Part shown: piece by piece, positions 9,240 to 19,371 of the stretch
Layout of the letters: each line of letters opens with the position of its first letter
Position numbering within the stretch: position 1 is the stretch's first letter
Assembly (NCBI GenBank): GCA_034718555.1
Contig: JAYEMW010000359.1
Location: 1-43,224, forward strand
Direction: 5' to 3'
DNA length: 43,224 bases
Source of the DNA: Thermodesulfobacteriota bacterium
GTDB taxonomy: Bacteria; Desulfobacterota; DSM-4660; Desulfatiglandales; B25-G16
Made by a program: the position numbers and the translations under genes
Notes under the pieces: model-generated
What the model was told of the DNA's origin: nothing
The model's input: the letters and a program-made list of their open reading frames with translations, nothing else
Databases searched by the model: none

Positions 9240-10764
9240 ATGAGCGAAGAAAATGCAACTGATGCAAAGGGGTGGATAATCTACCCCATAGGAAGTCGCC
9301 CTAAGTGGCCGTTAGCCTTTTTACTTGGTTTTCAGCAGTACCTTACCATGTTTGGGGCCACGGTGCTTATCCCATTTATTATTGGAGGGGCGATGAAACT
9401 GCCCCAAAAAGAGCTGGCGCTTATGATATCCACAATATTTTTCGTGTCCGGACTCTGCACATTAATCCAGCAATCTGCTATCGGCAACCGCCTGCCTATT
9501 ATTCCAGGGCGGAACGTTTTCCTTTTTAGGACCTACGTTTGCCATTATCGGAATGGTAGGAGCAAAAAAACTTGGATGGCAGATTCAGATTCAAGAGGTC
9601 TCAGGCGCCATTTTACTTGCTTCTATTGTTGAAATTGTGCTTGGTTATACAGGAATTGCCGGTTATATTAAAAGGGCTATCAGCCCCGTGGTAATCGGAC
9701 CGACCATTGCCATGATTGGACTGGCCTTGTATGGCATAGGCGCGCCATGGATGGCTACCAACTGGATAATATCACTGATTACCATAATTGCCCTTATTTT
9801 ATACTCACAGGTGTTTTCCAGAAAATCCAAGATGTTTTTACTGTTTCCCGTGTTACTTGCCATTGCCACAGGATGGATCTGTGCGCTGATTGGCACAGTA
9901 GCAGGATGGATTTCTCCTTCAAGCCCCGCTTATCTTCAGACAAGCCTGGTTTTTTCATCACCATGGATCAGTTTTCGTCCCTTGATGCCGTTCAAGTGGG
10001 GCATTCCTAACTTTGGCAGCGTTACCCTGTGGGCCGGAACTGTGGGGATGCTGGCCGGATATCTTGCATCAATGATCGAGTCTGTTGGAGATTACTATGC
10101 ATGTGCAAGAATTTCCGAGTCACCTGTTCCTACGGAAAAGATGATTTCCAGGGGTCTTGGCGCAGAGGGGCTTGGATGTTTTATTGCAGGGATTATGCAG
10201 ACCTGTAATGGAACAACCTCGTATTCAGAGAATATTGGTTCTATTGGCCTGACCAGAGTAGCAAGCCGCAGGGTTATCCGCGCAGGCGCTATATTAATGC
10301 TGTTTATTCCAATCATTGGAAAATTTGGCGCCCTGTTTGCCACTATTCCGAAACCTGTTGTAGGGGCGATGTTTGTAGGGCTGTTTGGACTTATTGCCGC
10401 TGTTGGACTTTCGAACTTATCTTTGGTGAATATGAATAATTCCCGCAATCTATTCATTATAGGTATTTCCTTTTTTGCAGGGCTAAGTGTTCCTGCCCAT
10501 TTCAGTGCAAATGCTATTAAATGGGCTGCATACGGGGGTGTTGTTGAGGTAATCGGCAACATCTTTCAGGCTATTTTTACTACAGGAATGGGGGTGACTG
10601 CTATTGTAGGGATTATTCTCGATAATTTTTTACCAGGCGCTACGCGTAAGGAGCGTGGCCTTGAGGCCTGGGAAAAAGAGGCCTCGGATGAGGCCTGGGA
10701 AAAGGCGGAGGCTCAGTGGGCCGGCATGGCAGAGGGTGAAATACGGCCTGTAGTGGTCGGATAA
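9240..10764 (+). pseudogene. NCS2 uracil/xanthine permease with a +1 frameshift (or sequencing error)
   Basis: N-part GFQQYLTMFGATVLIP; removing one C at 9504/9505 gives NRLPIIQGGTFSFLGP and joins the 9553-10764 ORF (ESVGDY, SYSENIG, TRVASRRV). Confidence 0.85.
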
Positions 10765-10785
10765 TACTTTTAATATTTAAATGCA

Positions 10786-10823
10786 ATATTCAGGGGGGTG
10801 GTTTTTTCATCCCCCTGAATATT
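10786..10823. terminator. Intrinsic terminator hairpin
   Basis: AATATTCAGGGGG...CCCCCTGAATATT just after the permease stop. Confidence 0.7.
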
Positions 10824-10866
10824 TTGATATCCGTTATTGTAGGGTTTTAAAAAATTTGTTACGTAG

Positions 10867-11262
10867 ATGAAAATACATCTTTTGATTACATACATATTAC
10901 TTATTCTTGTGGGGATGGTTGCCTTTTATTCTATTTTTAACGTAGGGAACCCAAATTCTCTTTTAAGGTTTGTTATTGAAACAGACGGATATGACTTGTA
11001 TATAGCCATGGGGTCTTCCCTGACAGTTTTCTTTCTCGGTTTTTTTGTCTTTTACTTTCGACAGAGCCAGGGTTACGAAGAACTTTTACAGGTAAACCGG
11101 AAACGTATAAAAGAATTAAGAAAAAAGGGATATAAGGACGAAAAAATTGCAGAGGATTTGTTATCCGCCCTTGGTTTTAAGGAGGGGTACCGATACAGGC
11201 TTATAAAAAAACGGCTTGTCCTTGAGTTGTCTTCTATTGATGTTATAAAAAAGGAGGCATAA
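10867..11262 (+). CDS. Hypothetical membrane protein
   Basis: Two hydrophobic segments followed by a basic cytoplasmic tail. Confidence 0.65.
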   Translation: MKIHLLITYILLILVGMVAFYSIFNVGNPNSLLRFVIETDGYDLYIAMGSSLTVFFLGFFVFYFRQSQGYEELLQVNRKRIKELRKKGYKDEKIAEDLLSALGFKEGYRYRLIKKRLVLELSSIDVIKKEA

Positions 11263-11299
11263 AATTCAGTACCTACAAACACAGGAATGGGTATGGATA

Positions 11300-11740
11300 T
11301 TGCTTATTTTTTTTGGAATTTTTGGAGGAATCGCCCTCTTGCAATGGAAGGATAAGCGCTGGATAAAGCAACGATTTGGCCCTGGAGAGGTGGTGATAAT
11401 GAGCTTTGGGGTTACATATTATGGATGCGAGTCTGTTCCTGGAAGAATCGTAAAACAGACAGGGGCATTGATTTTGTTAAAATACGGCCTTCTTTTCAGG
11501 ACGAGATTTTTAGGGAAAGAGTTTAAAATTCCGAAAGAAGGCATAAAAGATATTTATGCAACAAAAATGCATAAGGGAAAAGATTTGTATCAGTACGTTT
11601 TAAAAATTGATTTTGTTAATTCCTCTGGAGGGGCTGATTCAACAGCCTTTCGCGTTCCATTCCCAAAGCAATGGATGACAGCCATTGAAAATGTGTCAGG
11701 CATTACTAAAGCAAGAGATATAGAGGATACATCTTCTTAG
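11300..11740 (+). CDS. Hypothetical membrane-anchored protein (possible PH-like domain)
   Basis: N-terminal TM segment; frame is open back to an ATT at 11264 behind an AGGAGG site. Confidence 0.6.
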   Translation: MLIFFGIFGGIALLQWKDKRWIKQRFGPGEVVIMSFGVTYYGCESVPGRIVKQTGALILLKYGLLFRTRFLGKEFKIPKEGIKDIYATKMHKGKDLYQYVLKIDFVNSSGGADSTAFRVPFPKQWMTAIENVSGITKARDIEDTSS

Positions 11741-11897
11741 GTCATTATTTAGGTCAGTTTGTAGGTGGAATTCCCAGCAAGAAGCAAATCCAACTAAAGG
11801 GACCAACCTGCGGATTTAAGATAGCATAAAACCCTTGGATATTCTACTCATATGCTTTTTTCCATAACTCACCATATAAAACATAGTCTTTATAATT

Positions 11898-12076
11898 GTG
11901 ACTACTCACGTAGTCAGGCTGAAGGAGTTTAGACTGAAGGCTGAAGGGGTCCAAAAAGCACGATTGACGCACTTTGGTGCAAAAAGAGCAGATTCTCGCA
12001 CTAAGCATGGTTTCAAAACGAGCCGTATCCCCGTTTTCCCTAACAGTCTTTAGTCTTCAGCCTAATCACCAGTTAC
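11898..12076. mobile_element. Family R4 MITE with 8-bp target duplication
   Basis: GTGACTACTCAC...CCAGTTAC flanked by TTATAATT at 11890-11897 and 12077-12084; heptad repeats at both ends. Confidence 0.8.
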
Positions 12077-12116
12077 TTATAATTTAACATTGAACTAAAA
12101 AAGTAAGCTTGAAATC

Positions 12117-13004
12117 ATGAGTGGAAGAATAAAGGGTACGGTGTATGTTTTTATTTGCGTGGCTTTGTGGGCCCTTATACCGGTAGTTGCAAAAACAGGG
12201 CAGACTAACTTAGACAATCATCAGTTTTTATTCTGGTCGAGCTTGGTGTCGTTTATAGTATTGATTAGCGTTGCAGCATTTATGAAGACACTAAGTGAAA
12301 TAAAAAAATACACCATTAAAGACTGGGGCTACCTAATATCCCTTGGTTTGCTTGGTACCTATATTTATTATTTATTTCTTTATTTAGGCTACGCTCAGGC
12401 AACCGGCATGGAGGTTTTGGTTGTCCAGTATACGTGGCCAATAATAATGGTCATTTTCTCAATATTTATATTAAAAGAACGGTTAACCTACAGAAAAGCT
12501 ATTGCCATATTCCTTGGTTTCATTGGCGTAATTACAGTGTTAACTAAAGGCAAATTCCAAAACATTGATATAGATAATTTTGCCGTAATTGCCCTTGTCG
12601 CTTCCGGTGCTGCTTGTTTTGCCCTGTTTTCTGTATTAAGTAAGAATGTTAAATTTGAGCCTTTAGGGGTTACGAGCATATACTTTTTATCTGTATGCAT
12701 CGCCTCGTTGCTTTCTATGCTCCATTTTTCGGAGTTTGCATTTCCGTCAGCTACTGAAATGGCGCCTGTCATATTAAACGGGACTCTTGTAAACGGAATT
12801 TCTTATGTATTTTGGATAATAGCCCTAAAGTCTGCAGAAGCATCGTATCTGGCTCCATTTGTCTTTATTACACCTGTTTTGTCTGCTATTTATTTAATAG
12901 CCTTTTTTGATGAGCCTGTAATAATAGCTTATGGAATAGGTTTAGCTTGTATAGTAGGTGGGGGATTTATAAATTGCCTTGGATATAAAAATGAGACCGT
13001 GTAA
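12117..13004 (+). CDS. DMT/EamA family transporter
   Basis: About ten TM helices in two repeats; YTWP and FILKERL motifs. Confidence 0.85.
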   Translation: MSGRIKGTVYVFICVALWALIPVVAKTGQTNLDNHQFLFWSSLVSFIVLISVAAFMKTLSEIKKYTIKDWGYLISLGLLGTYIYYLFLYLGYAQATGMEVLVVQYTWPIIMVIFSIFILKERLTYRKAIAIFLGFIGVITVLTKGKFQNIDIDNFAVIALVASGAACFALFSVLSKNVKFEPLGVTSIYFLSVCIASLLSMLHFSEFAFPSATEMAPVILNGTLVNGISYVFWIIALKSAEASYLAPFVFITPVLSAIYLIAFFDEPVIIAYGIGLACIVGGGFINCLGYKNETV

Positions 13005-13135
13005 GCAACAAGTACATTGAGAAGAAATAGGGAAGTATCTCAGGTTTTTTAAGAATTCAGAGAGGAAAATATTTTAGGTCTCGTAGGTAATCATATAAAA
13101 ATAGTTTACATAACGAAAGGGAGGAGGAACTATTC

Positions 13136-13384
13136 ATGTTGAACATAGATAATTTGCTTTCAAGGATTACGGTCAATCCCAAAATAATGCTCGGTAAGCC
13201 GACTATCCGGGGTATGCGAATCACTGTGGAACAGATACTCCGGGCGCTTTCGGGCGGTGTGTCGGAGCAGGAACTGCTTGAAGAGTATCCGGAACTTGAG
13301 AAAGAGGATTTTCAGGCGGTGTTCGCATATGCGACCGGACTGGTCGAAGAAGAACAGGTGTTTCCCGTTGGAGTGTCTGCATGA
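13136..13384 (+). CDS. DUF433 family putative antitoxin
   Basis: RITVNPKIMLGKPTIRGMRITVEQIL...EYPEL. Confidence 0.9.
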   Translation: MLNIDNLLSRITVNPKIMLGKPTIRGMRITVEQILRALSGGVSEQELLEEYPELEKEDFQAVFAYATGLVEEEQVFPVGVSA

Positions 13385-13752
13385 ATTCATCTAAACTGAG
13401 ATTCATCGTTGATGTCGGCGTGGGCAAAGGAATCGAAAAATACCTGCGGGAAGAGGGTTATGATACAAAAGCCGTGAGAGATATTGATCCTCGTATGGAA
13501 GATGAGGAAATTATACACACTGCCGTTTCAGAAAATCGTATAGTTATCACAATGGACAAAGATTTTGGAGAGTTGGTTTATCATTCCTCAATGAAACATA
13601 GCGGAGTTTTGCTGCTGAGGCTGGAAGATGCAATCGGATCCGAGATATTGCAGGTCGTAAAACACATTATGAAGAATTATTCGGATCGGATAAAAAACTG
13701 TTTCTGTGTGTTTCAAAATGATAAGTTCAGAATCAGAAAAATAAATCGGTAA
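13381..13752 (+). CDS. DUF5615 PIN-like putative toxin
   Basis: FIVDVGV, DEEI, ITMDKDFGELV, GVLLLRL; ATGA overlap with the DUF433 gene. Confidence 0.85.
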   Translation: MNSSKLRFIVDVGVGKGIEKYLREEGYDTKAVRDIDPRMEDEEIIHTAVSENRIVITMDKDFGELVYHSSMKHSGVLLLRLEDAIGSEILQVVKHIMKNYSDRIKNCFCVFQNDKFRIRKINR

Positions 13753-13880
13753 CTGAAAAGGCAGAGCTATGTGCGGAGAAAATGTTGGTATATAATGATT
13801 TTAAGACATCGTAATCTATAGAGTATCATGATGCAATATTCCGCACACAAATCTCTATTTTCAGCCCAGGGGTTGGGTTA

Positions 13881-13907
13881 TTTGTATAATTTGAGTGACG
13901 AGGTCTG
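13881..13907. repeat. Isolated end of a family R8 element
   Basis: TTTGTATAATTTGAGTGACGAGGTCTG matches 25561-25587. Confidence 0.5.
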
Positions 13908-13958
13908 AATGTAAAACAAATGTGAGGTTATTGGTTGTAAATCATATAAAATTAAAGG

Positions 13959-14294
13959 CTATTCGCCGTACATATCAGTTATGAGCTTGCGTAATTGAGC
14001 GGCTTTGATTTTTGATAATTTATCAATTTTCTTTTTCAATCTTTGTTTGCTAATAGTGCTTATTTGGTCAACGGCTATTTCGGTTTTTTTATTCGCGCAT
14101 TTAATCTGGAGGCGGGTCCCCCATTGTGGGTGCAACTTTGAGGTTAAGAGACATACGACAACGGTTTCTAAATATTTATTCATTTCATCTTGGCTAATTA
14201 TGACAACAGGACGTACTTTTTTTATTTCGCTTCCTATCGTGGGATTTAGGTCAGCATAGTGTATTTCGTACCTTTTAATATCCAAAGTCTTCAT
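13959..14294 (-). CDS. mazF: PemK/MazF family toxin
   Basis: ADLNPTIGSEIKKVRPVVIISQDEMN, DQISTISKQRL; start at ATG 14294 or TTG 14285, overlapping the antitoxin end. Confidence 0.88.
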   Translation of the reverse strand: MKTLDIKRYEIHYADLNPTIGSEIKKVRPVVIISQDEMNKYLETVVVCLLTSKLHPQWGTRLQIKCANKKTEIAVDQISTISKQRLKKKIDKLSKIKAAQLRKLITDMYGE

Positions 14295-14547
14295 CCTCCA
14301 GTCCGTCAAGAAGCGTTGTGTCAAAATCGTCCCAATCTTTTTTTTCATTAGCCATGGCTTTATATGTATCTTCCCAAGAAAGTTTGCTGCCTTCTTTCTT
14401 CATAAGAAGCAGTCCTCTGTCTGTTTCTTCAAGCAAAAGGGAATTATTAAGGCCATATTTTTGAAGGAGTGACTTGGGTATGCGAACTCCTTTTGAATTC
14501 CCAATAGGGACCAGCTTAATATCCCTTGTACGTATTTGTTTTTCCAT
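14275..14547 (-). CDS. mazE: AbrB/MazE family antitoxin
   Basis: IGNSKGVRIPKSLL and an acidic C-terminus. Confidence 0.88.
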   Translation of the reverse strand: MEKQIRTRDIKLVPIGNSKGVRIPKSLLQKYGLNNSLLLEETDRGLLLMKKEGSKLSWEDTYKAMANEKKDWDDFDTTLLDGLEDEDFGY

Positions 14548-14580
14548 GGGTATTGATCCTTAAATTTCATAAAATTATTT

Positions 14581-14616
14581 TGTAATTATTGTAATTACAT
14601 TTGTTTATAAAGTCAA
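14581..14616 (-). promoter_or_regulatory. mazEF promoter with overlapping palindromic operator
   Basis: Minus strand TTGACT-17-TACAAT; perfect inverted repeat TGTAATTA-TTG-TAATTACA at 14581-14599 covers the -10. Confidence 0.7.
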
Positions 14617-14618
14617 GC

Positions 14619-14781
14619 TAAGAGCTCACTCAAAAATAACTTTACATTTCAGACGTCGATGCATCCCGCCTAACTGCGTTGTGAAAACTCGGAATATGTC
14701 TGATATTCCTGCGTTTCCATGTCTTGTTAGGCGGGCGCCTCAATGCCTGAAATTGCGAACTTATTTCTTCGTGAACCCTTA
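14619..14781. mobile_element. Family R6 MITE
   Basis: TAA-GAGCTCACTCAAAAATAA...TTATTTCTTCGTGAACCC-TTA; inverted homolog at 26297-26459. Confidence 0.8.
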
Positions 14782-14802
14782 GAATTAATGAAAGGAAGAA
14801 AT

Positions 14803-15549
14803 ATGACAAAACATATAGGAATAGTTGCCTGCAGTGCTGAAGGCGCTGCTCTTTGTTATCGAACCATATGCAGTGAAGCTCCCTCACAAATGGGGGAGCA
14901 CATGCATCCTGAGATATCCATGCATACACACCCCCTGGGTGAATATATGATTCACATTCGTTCTGGAAATTGGGAGGAGGTTGCTGATTTGATGTTGTCC
15001 TCTGTCTCCAAACTCGCAGATATTGGGGCTGACATAGCCGTCTGTCCAGACAATACAATCCATCAGGCATTTGACTTAGTAACTTCAAGATCCCCTATTC
15101 CCTGGCTTCACATTGCCGATGCAGTCGGCCAGGAGGCTAAATCTCGTGGATTCAAGAAGCTTGCAATCACAGGAACCAAGTATCTAATGACAGGGCCAGT
15201 GTATCCTGAATTTCTGGAAAAAATGGGGGTTTCCTGTAAAATCCCTGATGAAGATGCCCGGGAGAAAATAGACACAATTATTTTCAAGGAACTTGTCAAT
15301 GGAATATTTTTGGAAGAATCAAGGTGCTATTTCAATGAAGTGATTCAAGAATTAAAGGGACGTGGATGTGATGCAGTTGTTCTTGGATGCACTGAGATTC
15401 CTCTACTTGTCGATCCAAATGATTGTCCTCTTCCTACACTTGATTCCACACGTCTTCTATCAAGAGCTGCGCTTAAAGCTGCAATAAAGGGAGTTTATAC
15501 CCCCAAAGACCACAAATTGCGATTTTTCAATGGCCCTGAGCATCAATAG
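14803..15549 (+). CDS. Aspartate/glutamate racemase family protein
   Basis: MTKHIGIVACS, CPDNTIH, VLGCTEIPLL, LDST; start reassigned to 14803; last residues and stop lie inside a MITE. Confidence 0.88.
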   Translation: MTKHIGIVACSAEGAALCYRTICSEAPSQMGEHMHPEISMHTHPLGEYMIHIRSGNWEEVADLMLSSVSKLADIGADIAVCPDNTIHQAFDLVTSRSPIPWLHIADAVGQEAKSRGFKKLAITGTKYLMTGPVYPEFLEKMGVSCKIPDEDAREKIDTIIFKELVNGIFLEESRCYFNEVIQELKGRGCDAVVLGCTEIPLLVDPNDCPLPTLDSTRLLSRAALKAAIKGVYTPKDHKLRFFNGPEHQ

Positions 15550-15659
15550 CTGCGTTGTTCAGGCTCGCAATAGCTCAAGCTATTACGAGCCTTCACGCCT
15601 TGCTCTTGATGCTCATTGCTCACCGAAAAAACCGCAATTTATAGCCTTCCGGGGTATAA
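15495..15659. mobile_element. Family R7 MITE
   Basis: TTATACCCC...GGGGTATAA ends with nested subterminal inverted segments (AAATTGCG/CGCAATTT, TGAGCATCAA/TTGATGCTCA); a similar end occurs near 31646. Confidence 0.7.
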
Positions 15660-15779
15660 TCATTCACCACTGGGGGCGATAAAAAAAGAGATAACAAGAA
15701 TTTTTTACGAGAATATCAATTTTCTATTTTTATCAGAGGCTTCTTGAACTCTCCCAACTTCAGCATTAGCTTCCTCTTA

Positions 15780-17114
15780 ATGAAAAATAGTCCTTTAACC
15801 GTAAGAAAAATTTTTATTTTTTGGATACCACTGGCAGCAACCTGGATAATGATGGCTCTGGAAGGGCCTTTTCTCGCTATAATCATAGCAAGGTTAGCGG
15901 ATCCCAAGCACAATCTGGCTGCCTATGGTGTTGCCTTTGCTATTGCCATCTTGGTGGAGTCACCGATTATCATGATCATGAGTGCATCAACTGCCATAGT
16001 AGAGGACAGGGATTCCTTTTTGAAACTAAGGAATTTTACATATGGGTTAAATGCGATAATTACTGTTTTTATGGTTGTTTTACTGATCCCGCCGGTTTTT
16101 AATTTTGTTGCCAAAAGTATAATAAGACTCCCAGAGGGTGTTGCCTATCTGGCCCACCATGCATGCATCCTCCTTATTCCATGGCCTGCTGCCATTGGGT
16201 ATAGACGATTTTTCCAAGGCATTCTTATACGGAGCAATCTGACACGAAGGGTGGCATATGGAACTGTTGTTCGTTTGTCTGCCATGGGGTTAACCGGATT
16301 AATCTGCTATGGGTTTTTTGAAATGGCAGGCGCATCTGTTGGAGCACTGGCGTTATCAATAGGTGTTTGTGCGGAGGCTGGTGCCAGTAAGTTAATGGCC
16401 CGTGCACCGGTTATTCAGCTTTTATCCAAGGAAAATAAGAATTCAAAGATTAAACCCTGGGGATACAGATCTATCACAAAGTTTTATTACCCTTTGGCCA
16501 TGACTTCTATCTTGGCCCTTGGAGTTTATCCGATGGTAATCTTTTTCCTGGGGCATAGCTTTATGGCCTTAGAATCCTTGGCCGTGTTTCCAGTAATCAA
16601 TTCCCTTGTATTTATTTTTAGATCTATGGGATTGTCGTTTCAAGAAGTGGGAATTGCCCTTCTCGGAGAGAACAATGAGGGGTATGAGGCATTGAAGAGA
16701 TTTGCAATTATTCTCGGTCTTGGCGTGACAGCAGGGTTGGCACTCCTGGCATTCACACCCCTATCCTCTGTATGGTTTCGAAACATTTCAGGGTTGACCC
16801 TTGAGCTGACCCAATTTGTAGATTGGCCAACCAAAATAATGACGCCCCTGCCAGGGCTCATGGTTTTACTTTCCTTTCAAAGATCTGTATTAGTCCAGCG
16901 CAGGAAGACAGGACAGATTACTATCGGAACCGCGATTGAGGTAGCCGGAATCATTGCCCTTCTTACCATAACAGTGGATTCGTTGGGGATGGTTGGCGCT
17001 GCAGCAGCAGCAATTTCCCTTTTAGTTGGTCGTTTTTTAGCAAATGCCTATCTTTTTGTGCCTCTTTTCAAGGTTTTGAATGCGCCAATTGATGAGCAGG
17101 TTCGTCAACATTAA
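15780..17114 (+). CDS. MOP-superfamily (MATE/ANKH-like) membrane protein
   Basis: About twelve TM helices in two repeats (FWIPLA / FYYPLA); RRFFQGILIR. Confidence 0.65.
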   Translation: MKNSPLTVRKIFIFWIPLAATWIMMALEGPFLAIIIARLADPKHNLAAYGVAFAIAILVESPIIMIMSASTAIVEDRDSFLKLRNFTYGLNAIITVFMVVLLIPPVFNFVAKSIIRLPEGVAYLAHHACILLIPWPAAIGYRRFFQGILIRSNLTRRVAYGTVVRLSAMGLTGLICYGFFEMAGASVGALALSIGVCAEAGASKLMARAPVIQLLSKENKNSKIKPWGYRSITKFYYPLAMTSILALGVYPMVIFFLGHSFMALESLAVFPVINSLVFIFRSMGLSFQEVGIALLGENNEGYEALKRFAIILGLGVTAGLALLAFTPLSSVWFRNISGLTLELTQFVDWPTKIMTPLPGLMVLLSFQRSVLVQRRKTGQITIGTAIEVAGIIALLTITVDSLGMVGAAAAAISLLVGRFLANAYLFVPLFKVLNAPIDEQVRQH

Positions 17115-19219
17115 AGATCTGTTGGTCCATTTAAAACTGATTCAACCAATTTTTTCAGGTTTTGGTGTTCAGGGTGTAGTAAATGAGGGTCTGAATTAAT
17201 AAGATTTTGAGCCTCTCTCTTTGCATCTGATAGTAAACCCGGCTCTCTTGCTATTTCATTAAAATCTAACTCTCCTATGCCTGATTGTCTTATCCCTGTA
17301 ATTTCCCCCTGTCCCCTTAGCTCGAAATCTTTCTCGGCAATCTTAAATCCATCCACTGTTCCAACTAAGACCTTAAGCCTTGATATAGTGCTTTCAGACA
17401 GACTATCAGATACCATTAAAAGACAAATGCCGTTTTCACGGCCTCTGCCGACTCGACCCCTCAACTGGTGAAGCTGTGCTAAGCCAAAGCGTTCAGGTTG
17501 TTCGATTATCATAACTGTGGCATTTGGCACATGAATACCTACCTCCAGCACTGTTGTCCCTACAAGTATATCAATTGAACCATTTCGGAAATCATCCATT
17601 ATTTTTATTCTTTCATTGGGTGGTATACGTCCGTGGACTAATCCGATACGAAATGGAGATATTTTTCTCAATTTCTCTGTTACTTCAATAGCGTTTTTCA
17701 GATCTAATTCTTCCGACCCTTCAATCACAGGACATACAACAAATCCCTGCTGCCCGGAAGATATCTTCTGTTTTAATGTTTCATATACCCTTCTCTTTTG
17801 TTTTTGCCTTACGATATAAGTAGTAACTGGAATATGCTTCTCAGGGTACTCCTTTATTGTGGATACTTCCATGTCTCCATAAGCTGTGATAGCGAGGGTC
17901 CTTGGTATAGGCGTGGCAGTCATGACAAGGAGGTGCGGGTTTTCCCCTTTCTGTTCCATTAAGGCACGCTCTCTTACACCGAACTTATGCTGTTCATCTA
18001 TTACAATTAGGCCTAATTTATCGAATGTAAGGTGTTCCTGAATCAAGGACTGGGTTCCAATAATAAGGTTATATACACCTTTTTTAATGTTATCGTATAT
18101 ATCCCTGTGCTCGGCTGTTTTCAATCTTCCAGTCAAAAGAACAGGGTAGAGCCCGGTTTTTCTGGAGAGGCCGGAAAAATATTCCATATGTTGCCTCGCA
18201 AGAAATTGTGTAGGCGCCATTATTGCTGCCTGCATTTTATTTTGGGCTGTAAGAAAGGCGGCTATTGCAGCTATTACGGTTTTTCCGCACCCAACATCGC
18301 CCATAAGTAAACGATTCATAGGTTTTCCACTTGCAACGTCTCTGAGAATGTCTTGAACTGCCTTAATCTGATGGGACGTTAAGGTAAATGGAAAAAAGTC
18401 TTTTATACTTTCCATAAGACGGGACGGAATTGAGTATACCTTGCCCCTTTTGCCTTCCCTGAGTTTTGCTCTGTATGCAATGGTTAACATGATGAGGAAA
18501 AAACGGTCAAAAAGAAGTCTCTTGTGGAAAGGTGTATCTGATTGGTTTAATTTTTCAATAGATGATTTCTTAGGTGGCAAATGAACGTATCTTACAGCGC
18601 TGGAAAGTTTAGGAAATGAGAGTCCCTTGGTGATTTTTTCAGGTATAGGGTCTGTAAGATAACCAAGGTAATCTTTTAATGCATTTTTAACGGTTTTTCT
18701 AACCATATTTGCGGTAACGCCCTTTATAGAGGAATAAACAGGATAAAAACCAAGAGTGTCTTCAACACCATTACCCTTTAAGATGAAAACCTCCGGGTGG
18801 ATTATCTGCATCTGGTTTTTGTTTATTTTGATTTCTCCATATACGAGGAGTTCCTGATTAGGCGTGGCAAATCTGTTGAGCTGCTGTTTTTTATAATGAA
18901 ACCATAAAAGTTCAAGGGTACCTTTCCCATCCTGTATCACTATCTTGAACAACCTTTTACGGCTTGGATAAAATCTTTCCTCCTTTCCAAAAACGACATT
19001 TCCTTTGACAAGAGTGGGTATATTCTCTTTGCAACGATTGATTGGAAATATTTGTGTGCGGTCTTCGTACCGTATGGGTATAAAAAATAAAAGATCGAGA
19101 ACAGTATTAATATTTTTCTGTGCAAACAACCTGGCCCTTTGTGCACCAATGCCGTTTAGACATGTCAAGGCCAGGGTGACGCCCCTGTTTTTTATTAAAT
19201 GAGAATCCCTGCTTATCAT
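17111..19219 (-). CDS. recG: ATP-dependent DNA helicase RecG
   Basis: MNRLLMGDVGCGKT, DEQHKFG, MTATPIPRTL, ERFGLAQLHQLRGRVGRG, IAEKDFELRGQG. Confidence 0.96.
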   Translation of the reverse strand: MISRDSHLIKNRGVTLALTCLNGIGAQRARLFAQKNINTVLDLLFFIPIRYEDRTQIFPINRCKENIPTLVKGNVVFGKEERFYPSRKRLFKIVIQDGKGTLELLWFHYKKQQLNRFATPNQELLVYGEIKINKNQMQIIHPEVFILKGNGVEDTLGFYPVYSSIKGVTANMVRKTVKNALKDYLGYLTDPIPEKITKGLSFPKLSSAVRYVHLPPKKSSIEKLNQSDTPFHKRLLFDRFFLIMLTIAYRAKLREGKRGKVYSIPSRLMESIKDFFPFTLTSHQIKAVQDILRDVASGKPMNRLLMGDVGCGKTVIAAIAAFLTAQNKMQAAIMAPTQFLARQHMEYFSGLSRKTGLYPVLLTGRLKTAEHRDIYDNIKKGVYNLIIGTQSLIQEHLTFDKLGLIVIDEQHKFGVRERALMEQKGENPHLLVMTATPIPRTLAITAYGDMEVSTIKEYPEKHIPVTTYIVRQKQKRRVYETLKQKISSGQQGFVVCPVIEGSEELDLKNAIEVTEKLRKISPFRIGLVHGRIPPNERIKIMDDFRNGSIDILVGTTVLEVGIHVPNATVMIIEQPERFGLAQLHQLRGRVGRGRENGICLLMVSDSLSESTISRLKVLVGTVDGFKIAEKDFELRGQGEITGIRQSGIGELDFNEIAREPGLLSDAKREAQNLINSDPHLLHPEHQNLKKLVESVLNGPTDL

Positions 19220-19371
19220 AGTTAGATCCTGTCAGATTTGGTTTGATAGATTATTAAGGATACATTAATTTCTTAGATAAAATCCAATTCTTTTACAAGC
19301 GATAATGTGTTAATGTATCCATAGTCTTAATATCATATATTCAAATAATTAAAAAAGATTGCAGAGATAAA

